The notes: generated by a model from the letters alone, not told the origin. Positions 1-10,803 are shown, counted from the first letter of the stretch. The stretch is DNA of 64,000 nt from the human T2T-CHM13v2.0 reference genome, Homo sapiens (GCF_009914755.1 NC_060925.1); one strand, 5' to 3'. A program made the numbers and translations.

Positions 1-112
<112 letters not shown>

Positions 113-136
113 TTAACAGCATTTGTGAAGAGGGAA

Positions 137-140
<4 letters not shown>

Positions 141-171
<31 letters not shown>
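141..171. repeat. (GT)15 microsatellite
   Basis: Perfect GT run. Confidence 0.97.
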
Positions 172-175
<4 letters not shown>

Positions 176-869
176 AAGAAGAAAACTGGACCCATACCCG
201 GACCTCAGTTTTGTGACAGCCAAGATTCCAAACCCTCATCTCCCCTTATTATTGACTATTGGTAATGTATACTTCTCTTTATTACTGGCAATGTGTATTC
301 AGAACCAAAGGCCTCTTTCTGTCTTTTAGAAACCTCAGATTTGTGCCAGCATTTGTTTTTAGACATAGGAAAACTATTATTTCTTCTCCTCGATAGTTAC
401 CCAATTTTTAGTTCCCACTTCTCCGGGGACTTGGGTCTGATTCTTGATGTTATGAATTCTAATGATAGTAAATATGTAGATCACCTTTGGGAGCTTGAAA
501 CCTGGAGGAAAGAGGAGGGGAGAAGGCAGGCAGGGGTGTGAGAGCTTTCTTGTAGTTCACACATAAAGGACTGTTTGCAAACTACAGTGTTAACTAAGAC
601 TTCATCAGCCAAGGATTTATCTTCACATTAAAATCTGGGTTGGCTCTGGGGAGATACCACTGGTGTAAGTTCAAGTAGGATTAACTGCCTCCCAGCAATG
701 CAAATTGGTTTCCAACTTTTTTGTTTTGTTTTTTCTTCAATATTTTTTGGGATATTTTTCTTAAATGATAATAATTTGCAAAAACCATGAAATATTATTT
801 TTGGTTCTACAAATGTCAGAACACCAAAGAAAAACACTCTTCAGGAATCCAGATCTATTAATGAAATTA

Positions 870-1030
870 AAAATTAGGGGACTTGAGTTTTAATCTCAAT
901 CTCCTAAGTAGCCATGTTTAGGTAGGTTGCTTAATACAATTCTATGCTTAATTTTTTTTTTAAATTCTCTAAATGATGATTTTAAAATACTGGTTCTACT
1001 TATCTCACAGAATTATTGTTCAGGTTGTGA
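870..1030 (+). mobile_element. MIR fragment
   Basis: Degenerate MIR core (GACTTGAGTTTTAATCTC...TCTCTAAATGATGAT...CTTATCTCACAGAATTATTGTT). Confidence 0.5.
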
Positions 1031-1039
1031 AAGTATTTT

Positions 1040-1348
1040 CTTTCTTTCTTTTCTTTTTTTTGAGACAGGGTCTCATGCTGTTGCCCAGGCTGGAATGTAG
1101 TGGTGCAATTATGGTTCACTGCAGTCTCAAACTCCTGGACTCAAGTGATTCTCCTGCCTCAGCCTCCTGAGTAGCTGGGACTACAGGTGTTTGCAACCAG
1201 GCCCAGTTAATTTTTTTCTATTTTTTTGTAGAGATGAGGGTCTCACTATGTTGTCCAGGCTGGTCACAAACTCCTGGGGCTCAAGTGGTCCTCCTGCCTC
1301 AGCCTCTAAAAGCACTATGATTATAGGTGTAAGCCACCATGCCTGGCC
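1040..1348 (-). mobile_element. AluJ-like with 14-bp TSD
   Basis: Antisense Alu dimer; TGTGAAAGTATTTT at 1026-1039 and 1349-1362. Confidence 0.93.
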
Positions 1349-1509
1349 TGTGAAAGTATTTTATTTTTAAGTTATGAACACTAGATAAATTTCAGACATA
1401 CTATTACTTAGGCAATTAGATAATGACCTGCTGCTAGTCTGGGGTCAGGATAGGGAGGTGAAGCAGGGACCAGTATCTGGAACGTTTGGATTTAAAAAGT
1501 AGGATTATT

Positions 1510-2710
1510 GAAAATGGATTAAAGACTTAAATGTAAAACCCCAAACCATAAAAACCCTAGAAGAAAATCTAGGCAATACCATTCAGGACATAGGCATGGG
1601 CAAAGACTTCATGACTAAAACACCAAAAGCAATTGCAACAAAAGCCAAAATTGACAAATGGGATCTAATCCAACTAAAGAGCTTCTGCACAGCAAAAGAA
1701 ACTATCATCAGAGTGAACAGGCAACCTACAGAATGGGAGAAAGTTTTGCAATCTACCCATCCGACAAAGGTCTAATGTCCAGAATCTACAAGGAACTTAG
1801 ACAAATTTACAAGAAAAAAACAAACAACCCCATCAAAAAGTGGGCAAAGGATATGAACAGACACTTCTCAAAAGAAGACATTTATGCAGCCAATAAACAT
1901 ATGAAAAAAAGTTCATCATTGGTCATTAGAGAAATGCAAATCAAAACCACAGTGAGATACCACCTCACGCCAGTGAGAATGGTGATTATTAAAAAGTCAG
2001 GAAACAACAGATTCTGCCAAGGCTATGGAGAAATAGGAATGCTTTTACACTGTTGGTGGGAGTGTAAATTAGTTCAACCATTGTGGAAGACACTGTGGCG
2101 ATTCCTCAAGGATCTAGAACCAAAATACCATTTGACCCAGCAATCCCATTACTGGGTATATACCCAAAGGATTATAAATCATTCTACTATAAAGACACAT
2201 GCACATGTATGTTTATTGCAGTGCTATTTACAATAGCAAAGACTTGGAACCAACCCAAATGCCATCGATGATAGACTGGATAAAGACAATGTGGCACATA
2301 TACACCATGGAATACTATGCAGCCATAAAAAAGAATGAGTTCATGTCATTTGCAGGGACATGGATGAAGCTGGGAGCCATCATTCTAAGCAAAGTAACAC
2401 AACAGAAAACCAAACTCTGCATATTCTCACTTATAAGTGGGAGTTGAACGATGAGAACACATGGACACAGGGAGGGTAATATCACATACTGGGGCCTGTC
2501 GGGGCGTGGGGGAAAGGGGAGGGAGAGCATTAGGACAAATATCTAATGAATGCAGGGCTTAAAACCTAGATGACGGGTTGATAGATGCAGTAAACCACCA
2601 TGTTTACTGTAACCACCATGTTACATAGGTATACATAGGCACATGTATACCTATGTAACAAACCTGCATGTTCTGCACATGTATCCCAGAACTTAAAGTT
2701 AAAAAAAAAA
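1510..2710 (+). mobile_element. 5'-truncated L1PA (PA6-PA8-like): ORF2 C-terminus, 3'UTR and poly-A
   Basis: ORFs 1658-2447 give frameshifted ORF2p C-terminal motifs ([41 protein letters not shown]); L1 3'UTR; TTT/AAAA endonuclease site and TSD AAAAAGTAGGATTA. Confidence 0.95.
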
Positions 2711-3098
2711 TAGTAGGATTACTAAAAAAGCAGGATTACTGGCGGTTGGCAGAGGCCTTTTCTTGAGCTCAGGAATGGATGATGCCACTGAAAGAGCAGA
2801 TGTGGAAATAAATTCTGGAAATGTTTCGCATACCACTTGTAATGCTGTTTTTAAGATAATTGCTTGGGTAAATAAATTCCTTATACATTGACTAGTAAAG
2901 AGATACTCAACTTTGTACATTTGATGCCATATTCACTTGCTGTCTAACTTATGTTACCATGGCATTAATTTAGTATAAATAAAAATGCTCTAGGTCTACT
3001 CAGTGCTGAGCCTTGAAATCTCAGCACTCAACATCTCTTATCCACTAAAGCACACACTGTTGTTTACACGTGGAAGACTGACTATGCAGCCAGTCTAG

Positions 3099-3124
3099 TA
3101 AGCAAGCAAGCAAGCAAGCAAGCA
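3099..3124. repeat. (AAGC)6 tetranucleotide repeat
   Basis: AAGCAAGCAAGCAAGCAAGCAAGCA. Confidence 0.9.
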
Positions 3125-4444
3125 GGGTCCTAGATATTAAAAATGACCATTCCTGTAAACCATCAAGCCACAAATCAACAAGCTTAATCACAAAAGTTTC
3201 TTGAGGGAACAAAGTTGAAGTAATATCCATTGAGTCATTGTGGAACTATCTGTACTTGTGGTTGATTAGCCAGGTAAGCTGGTTTTTCCTCAGTTTCCTC
3301 ACCTGTTAAACAAGAGGCAGAATGATGTTCTCTCTAAAACACTTCTTGCTTTGAAATACTATTACTCTAAATAAGACTTTGGAGAAACTCACAAAATACA
3401 TCCTTGTTAACTCTCAATAAGCCCAAACAATATTCCAGGACCCCACAAAACCAGAAAACTAACAGGACCCCTTGTAGACCAGTCTCTTTGTGCAACGTAG
3501 GGAGAAAGGGCGGGGGGGACTAAAGAACCTCCCAAAAGGTATTAAAAATAGCAACATGTAATTATGAAAAATCTTGTTCCACATTAGGTAGCCACATTCA
3601 AGAAAAACTGTTGGAGATCTACTATGTCCAAGGCACGGTTTAAGTTATTACTGTTCAATTTTGAAATTATTATTGTTAACTTGTCAGTAATTTCTTAAAC
3701 CTAAACTGGTGAAACTCTCCTTGGGTGGACATAAAAGTAAAGCCATGGCCAAGGAGGGAGACAGTCTACAAATAAACCAAAAATAAAATACAAGTGACAT
3801 CATTAAAGGAAAAAAGCCAACACACTGCACAAAGATCAAAGACAAAACAGAGAAACATGTTTGGTTAATACTGGGCTTTGAGTATTTCATGTGCCTGAGA
3901 GGCCCGTCCGTCCATCCACACCACACTTCTTCACCATGCTGTTGCAAACCAATGACAAGTTCAGCTTCAGCGCGGACAGGGCGCAGGGCGCAGACCCTGT
4001 GCATATCCCAGAATCCCGGACCCACTGCCACTCCACTCTGGGAAGGAAGAAGGCGCTCCCCCTTGGGTGACTGTAAGATAAAGCAGCTTCTTCGATCTCT
4101 TTGTCCAATAAGAAAGAAACGTTGGCCCATAAAGAAAGAAAGAAACAAATAAATAGGAAAGGTGTGAGAAGGAAGGGAAGCTCCTTTCTTTTCTGTTTAA
4201 ATTTCCCGCACCCTTTTACCTCCCCGCCTTCTCAAACGGTCTTTACTTTGAGCAGCAGAGACCCGGACCGCTCAATACCCGGCTATCCCCGGGAGGGTAC
4301 TTGGAAAGTAGGCGGGACAGGCCGGATGAATAATTCGGTGTCCGACTTTTCCTGCCTGCGGCGCAGTCCCTCCCCGGCTTCGTTACTCGAGTGCACACGC
4401 GGCCGGGCTCTCGGCCCTCGATTGCTTCAGCCTATCACCCTGGG

Positions 4445-4828
4445 ATGCCGCCTGCCGCTGCCGCCGCCGCCGCCGCCGCCACCGCCACCGCCACCGCCAC
4501 CGCCACCGCCGTGGCTGCCGGGTTTGTGGGATCCGCCGCGGAGCAGGAGCCAGAGCTGTGGCCGGAGCTGTGGCCTGAGAGTCAGGGGGCGGGCAGGCTC
4601 ATTCCAGAAGTGGGGGCCGAGGACAGGCGGGCTAGAACCCGGGGCCACCGCCCCCTACCCCTCCTCAGGCTGAGGGAACGGGCACTCGGAGCTTCTGAGG
4701 CGGCGGCGGCGGGAGCCGGTCAGAGGGGGCGGCCCCTGGCGGCGACGCCCCCAAGCCCAGCCCTGCCCGGCCCCGCTCCATCCCCAGCCAGAGCCTGGTC
4801 TGACCGCGAGAGACGCCGGCGGGGCTGA
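4445..4828 (+). other. Candidate upstream ORF, 127 aa, poly-Ala/(Thr-Ala) N-terminus
   Basis: ATG at 4445 (gggATGc), stop at 4826-4828; MPPAAAAAAAAATATATATATAVAAG...; out of frame with the main ATG. Confidence 0.35.
4454..4510 (+). repeat. GCC GCT (GCC)7 (ACCGCC)5 compound tri/hexanucleotide repeat
   Basis: Read directly: GCC x7 at 4460-4480, ACCGCC x5 at 4481-4510. Confidence 0.97.
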
Positions 4829-5178
4829 AGAAGGCGGCTCCGAGGAGGTGGGAGGGCGAGCCTCCCCTCCCGGGTTCTTCTGCGTCCTCTCCCGGGAGGG
4901 ACCCACACACACCTGAGCCCGGACCCACCCTTGGTCGGGGCCACGCTGGATCCTCCTCCCGGCCTGGGTCCCGCCCGCCGACTGCAGGTGGGCTGCATCG
5001 CCCGAGCCTCGGGCAGTGGGCGACGGGGAAGGAGGTGAGAGGTGTCCGCGCCGGCTGCCGCTCGGGTCCCTGCCCTCGCTGCGCGCTCTCCTCCTCCCCT
5101 TCCCGCAGGCAGGGCGCGGAGCCGCGCGCCAGCCCGCCCCGAAGCCGCCGCCTCGTCCCCCTCCCGCCTCGGGGCACC

Positions 5179-5380
5179 ATGGAGCTCTCTCCGTCGTCCG
5201 GAGGAGCCGCGGAGGCGCTGTCCTGGCCGGAGATGTTCCCGGCGCTGGAGTCCGACTCGCCGCTGCCCCCGGAGGACCTGGACGCGGTTGTCCCAGTCAG
5301 TGGAGCCGTCGCCGGTGGCATGTTGGATCGGATCCTTCTGGAGTCCGTGTGCCAGCAACAGAGCTGGGTCCGGGTGTACG
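5179..5380 (+). CDS. RASAL2: RASAL2 (RAS protein activator-like 2, RasGAP) long isoform, coding part of exon 1 (67 codons + 1 nt)
   Basis: Strong Kozak GCACCATGG; MELSPSSGGAAEALSWPEMFPALESDSPLPPEDLDAVVPVSGAVAGGMLDRILLESVCQQQSWVRVY matches the recalled RASAL2 N-terminus; donor CG|GTAAGG at 5381, phase 1. Confidence 0.93.
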
Positions 5381-6320
5381 GTAAGGACCACAGGCCGTCT
5401 TAGAGGCTGGTGTTTCCTATTTTTGCTTGGGCTGAAATTCATTCCCTAAGTCACAGGCTCATTCCCAGTCCTCATCCGTGCTAGGTCAGTTTCCCACATC
5501 CCTTTTTGTTCTGGGGGTGCATTTCTGACAAGTTTCTTCAGACTATCACTTGGGCAGGGATGTCACTCAGTATGGTCTTTGGACCTCTTCAGACACCTGC
5601 AGTAAGTTTAATGCGGGAGTTGGGCTATCCAAGACGTAATTCTTAGGCGATTACTTCAAGGGAACAGCCAGGCAATCAATCTTCAAGAAGGTATGATGGA
5701 AAAACTCCATGAAACCAAGTGAATGGATTTTCGTCTCTTTTTATTGTTGAATGAGGCAAGACTGGAAACCAAGATATTATGAAAAAGCAGAGGATAAGCT
5801 AATGAATGAAAAAAATGCAAACTATGTATTTGGTGGGAGCAAGACTAATCTATAACCTCTGCCTGAACCTCACTCTCTCTAAAAGCAACCACTTATTCCA
5901 ACGGGTGTGGATTGTTTCAGATTACACTATTGTTTCTGAATCTCGTTGTAAAGTGACTGGGTTGCCACTCAGCAGGTTAAAAGTGATGAACACACTAAAA
6001 CTTTCCCTTTCTGCATTCCTGGTAACCACCTCTTTAATTAAAACTGAATGATGAGATTCTATTAGGGTGAGCCTTGTGGCAGCACTAAAACCATGCTGGT
6101 TTTGAAAACTCATAGCTTAAGGATTTATAGCCTGGCATTCAGGACTGAGCTGTGGCTTTCCAAAATATTGAAACGGCAAGATGTTTATCGCCTAGCTCAC
6201 GTGACTGCAGAAGACATTAGTAACGTGGCTGAGTATAAGATGGCAAATTTGAAGCACCTGGGATCAAACACAATGTTAAGATGTTATCCTGCAGTCTTGT
6301 GCATCTAAGCCTGTAGTGAT

Positions 6321-6448
6321 CAAGTACCTTATGTTTTTTTCTTTCATCTTTCTGAACAGGGTATATGCTTACTATTCAAGAGTGACCAAGACTTAGGTTT
6401 TTTTCTGTGTAGTTCAGTTGATTTGAAGACTTAATGTCCATCGCAAAG
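6321..6448 (+). repeat. Copy 1 of a local ~125-bp diverged direct duplication
   Basis: TTATGTTTTTTTCTTTCATCTTTCTGAACAGGGTATATGCTTACTATTCAAGAGTGACCAAGACTTAG... aligns with 7197-7330. Confidence 0.9.
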
Positions 6449-6449
6449 A

Positions 6450-6615
6450 TCATAGAACTAGGAGTCCAGAGATCTCAGTTCTTGTCTCAGTTCTACCACT
6501 AAATGGCTATGGGATTTGGGGCAGATCGAGTCACATTTTTGGCTTGTGATTCCTCATCTGTAAAGTGAGTGGATTGGATTAAATCATCACTAGTGACCCT
6601 TTTAATCATAAAAAT
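6450..6615 (+). mobile_element. MIR/MIR3
   Basis: AGGAGTCCAGAGATCTCAGTTCTTGTCTCAGTTCTACCACTAA...TTCCTCATCTGTAAAGTGAG core. Confidence 0.7.
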
Positions 6616-7150
6616 CCAGGAATTCTTCTTATAACCAGTTCTTAAGGATTTGTGTACCACTTTGTATTTTGCTGGCTGTTTCTTGATGTTACTCTACGTA
6701 CCGGAAGATTTAAAGCAAAGGAGTGGGAGACGATGCAAGGTCACCCAGTTTGTTCTCAGCAAATTAGATTAAAAACTTTGGTGCCTGATTTTCCGTCTGC
6801 CTGCTAAATCCCACTTAGCTGGTCATTTAGAACAAAGGTTGGTGAGAATCTGAAAGTGCATATGAATTAGAGTATATTGTAGTTACAACGTTTTCCCATT
6901 CTATCATCTTTCTCTCCTTACACACTTCTTTGGCATACTGTTTATTTGTGTGATGTTAGAAATAGGGCCATGCTATTCTAAGAATACATGTATATGATAA
7001 TTCGGTATTTCAGTATCCAAAACAATCTGGGTTCTCTGGACCTAGTGTTAACTATCGTTCTTCATTTGTAAGGACATAAAAGTCTACAAATGTATGTTGT
7101 TTTGTAGTCCATTCCTAGGGGTTGATTTGTGAAATATATATTGTATATTT

Positions 7151-7190
<40 letters not shown>

Positions 7191-7196
7191 TGAGAG
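7151..7196. repeat. (TG)12-(AG)n compound microsatellite
   Basis: Direct read. Confidence 0.95.
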
Positions 7197-7330
7197 CAAG
7201 TTTACATTATGTTTTTTTTCTTTCGTCCTTCTGAACAGGATATATGTTTATTGTTCAAGAGTGACCACGACTTAGAAGTTTTCTTTCTGCGTGGTTCAAT
7301 TGATGTCAAGACTTCATATCAGACATCACA
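7197..7330 (+). repeat. Copy 2 of the local ~125-bp duplication
   Basis: TTATGTTTTTTTTCTTTCGTCCTTCTGAACAGGATATATGTTTATTGTTCAAGAGTGACCACGACTTAG... Confidence 0.9.
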
Positions 7331-7395
7331 GAAATGCATGGTATGTATATGTGTGTGACACACACATATACATACCATGCCTTGCATTTTTGTGA
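7326..7395. repeat. Inverted repeat: perfect 22-bp arms (7336-7357 / 7359-7380) plus outer arms
   Basis: GCATGGTATGTATATGTGTGTG-A-CACACACATATACATACCATGC; outer TCACAGAAATGCA / TGCATTTTTGTGA. Confidence 0.95.
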
Positions 7396-7849
7396 CCAAT
7401 TGCAGACTTACCACTGCATTGTAACTTTTTTTGTTTTCTCTATCAATTAACCAGAAGTTGTTTTTATTTATTGTTTAGTATTGCTACTTTCCTTCCTCTG
7501 AGGCAGCTCATCCTGGATACTATTTTGTTGTCTTTAGTTTATGTAAATATTTCAGAACTATTGGAATGACTCTTGGCTATGTCCTTAGCTAGTTTTAAGT
7601 TGCCTATTGTATGAACAGGGTGTATGTTTGAAAACTTTGAAGTAAAAACTTTGAAATAAAAGTAATAGAATGTAGAAAAACAATTTGGAGAATACAGAAT
7701 TTTTGTTTTTCTTGTTTCTTGTCTGTGTGTTCAAAACCTTCGTTGTCTTGGATCACCTAGGTTCTTCTCACAATTTAAAGAGACTTTGATGAGTGTAGTC
7801 TAACATGTTTCAGGGAAATCTACAAATTGGGAACCTAGTCTAGAGGATA

Positions 7850-8015
7850 CAACTAGAAGCTTAGAGTATTGGTTTCATTCTGGCTTTGCCACAAGTTGGT
7901 TGTCTAATTCTGGGCAGGTAGTTTTAACTCATGGCCTCTAGGTTTCAGCATAAAAGTGGAATCTGGAGTAATTGGTATCTGTGGTCCCTTTTAGCTTTAA
8001 AGTTGTCTGATTCTG
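7850..8015 (+). mobile_element. MIR/MIR3
   Basis: TTCTGGCTTTGCCACAAG...GGGCAGGTAGTTTTAACTC...GGTCCCTTTTAGCTTTAAA. Confidence 0.55.
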
Positions 8016-10288
8016 TGGCTTGGCCCATTATTTTACCTGCAGGTTGGCCTATAATCTTTATCCTGGCTCTTGGGGCCAGGCATTAACCAAGCCCTTAACT
8101 TAATGCATTTAAATCATGATTGTCAGGGAATTCTGGGGAGCAGTTTTATCAAAAGGTCAGTGAACTGAGTTTTCAAAGAAGATATATTGAAGGCAGATGT
8201 TTATTTATTTGGAATGTTTTCACAAGATAGGAAGATGAGTATGGCGATGTTGCTTAGGTCTAGTTCATCCAGTTTTGAGACCTAACCTACATAGCCATGT
8301 GGGTTCTAAAGGTAGGATAATAATAAGGAACTTTATTAAGTGCAATTTGCATCTCCTGCAATATACTTCTGTTTGAAATCATGATGGGAACAAACAACAA
8401 CAGAAGTAACCCCCCAAAGAATATCTTAACAGGAACTTCTAGAAACAATATTTTATTAGTTTGCCTCACAAAATTTGAAGACTAGGCACTGTTTTGAGTT
8501 TCTTGTTGACAGGTTTGGCTCCTTGGTTGATAATACATATATATTGTGTACATATGTATATATTGTCATAATACGTATACTCAGGGTTTTGTGTATTGCC
8601 ATGATTTGGAAAACTTTTCTGGAATATGTTCAGAGCTTTATAATAGGTGGCTCTATATTTAGAACACAAACTAATGCACATTTTTGAGATGTGGCTGAGA
8701 GAAAAATATTTGTGCTGTCTGTCCTAATCTTCATTTCCTTGTAGTTGTAAAATGTTTCATTTGTTTTATTCCAGTATTATAAGTTGTGCCCATGCCTTGT
8801 CAAGACTATAAAATTTTTGATATCAGGGAGCCTTGTTTATCTTTGTATTCTTATCTTGCCACCCCCTTCATTGTCAACTTGTCTGCCAGATTGGTACCTT
8901 GCTCATAGTAAGTCAGTGTCTGTTGTATGTTGATCCGTTTGTCCTTTGACCATCCAGATCTCAACCTGACTGACTGTATGGGTGGTAGAGTAGCTTAAAC
9001 AAAGGCATGCCACAAACAGCTAAATATGGATACAGAATCCAAGAGCATCAAATGCAGAACATTTTTCAGATATTTATAGCCTCAAAGCAAAGTCAATTGG
9101 CTGAAAAAGCTCAGCAGCATAGCGAAAGGAAACGGGAGTGGCAAAGCCAGCCTCACTGTCTGTGCTTTCTGGTAAACAATGAGAACATTAAAATTAAATA
9201 CTTTACCATGAATGGATGGGGAGTGTAGGACACTCTGGGAGAAATTTAAGATCCCAATCTCTAGGATTGCCTGCGGTGGAGCTCTGCACTCATCAGTATG
9301 ACAGGTCTGCAAGTATGTGCTCAGATATGCTCTTGGAGAGTTAGAAGGGAAATATAATCAGCACAAGAAAGGGATCAACAAGAAATCTTGTACTTTTAAA
9401 TTTTAATATTATCAGAAGGAATTAGGTAAAATATTCTGTTAAGAAAATGAATAGCATCAACATTATTACCATTAAGCTTGTATACAGCTCATTGTTTATT
9501 GATAACAACATAGGGACCTGCTGGAAAATTTCAAAGGGCTAGTACTATTTAAGCAAACAGAAGAAAAAGGGAATTAATCATACTTCATTAAGTACCTTAT
9601 AATTCCAGAAATGTGGCAGTGGGAATTCGGTAAGAATTAATAGAAGTTCATATTCAAGAAGTGAATATGAGCTGATGAGACAGAAGTCATATCTGGTTGT
9701 ATTATATGATACTGCTTACGCCTCACCAATTAAGACACAGGATGAGATTTTTAAAAGTTACGTTTCTAGAGGTTATGTCTCTAAATTTATTTAAAATGTT
9801 GCAACTAGTATGGCTAGAAGAAAATCAGTGAGTGTGTATAAAATACATCCCCAAACATGTTCATGTTCCTTAAATGTCTTAATTTCCTCAGGTACTGTTA
9901 ATTGAATCTTTACACCTGAGTAGTCATATTTTAGAAATTTTTGGAATCTTAAGCTTGAGTTCAATACTTAGGATGTGGCATAGGCTTGTTGATGTATTAG
10001 TTTCCAATGATTTCCAAATACATTAAAACACATTAAGAATAGACAGTTTTTCATTGAAATCAGAGAGAACTTCTAAGAATGCCTAGGCATGTACTGTTTA
10101 AGTGACTTTAAATAGCCCCCTTTTTTCTTCTTTTGAGAGAAAATTTGTATGTCTTATTTAAATTGTGTGCTCTATTAATGTAGGTGATAGTTTCATTTAT
10201 AACATCTTAGTATTGTTCTACCCTCTATCATGTTGGTTCACTGCTATTTGATTTTCAAACAGTGAAAATATTTTTAAGGAATAGAATT

Positions 10289-10803
<515 letters not shown>

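Larger units (their letters stand above)
2700..4680 (-). ncRNA. RASAL2-AS1: Probable divergent lncRNA RASAL2-AS1 (boundaries not determinable)
   Basis: Recalled knowledge that RASAL2 has a head-to-head antisense RNA. Sequence support is limited to the bidirectional CpG island and a possible minus-strand acceptor (TTTATCTTACAG, + coordinates 4071-4082). Confidence 0.4.
4200..5400. promoter_or_regulatory. RASAL2: CpG island / bidirectional promoter of RASAL2
   Basis: Very high GC and CpG density against a CpG-depleted background; E2F motif TTTCCCGC 4202-4209, ETS-like CCGGATG ~4322, GC boxes; contains first exon. Confidence 0.95.

Noticed and set aside
1658-2447. 192-aa and neighbouring ORFs as a gene
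   Set aside because: Frameshifted L1 ORF2p C-terminus
3002-3028. 9-bp inverted repeat AGTGCTGAG / CTCAGCACT
   Set aside because: Short enough to arise by chance in 64 kb
5035-5403. 122-aa single-exon reading of RASAL2 exon 1
   Set aside because: Track start is a GTG; the real start is ATG 5179 and the exon ends at the donor at 5380
4101-5449. Long overlapping ORFs in the CpG island (190, 218, 240, 135 aa)
   Set aside because: Expected from stop-codon scarcity in GC-rich DNA; low-complexity R/G/P/A products; only 5179-5380 has a Kozak ATG, donor and known protein match
6048-6148. Possible C/D box snoRNA (ATGATGA ... CTGA)
   Set aside because: No terminal stem or evident antisense element; motifs occur by chance
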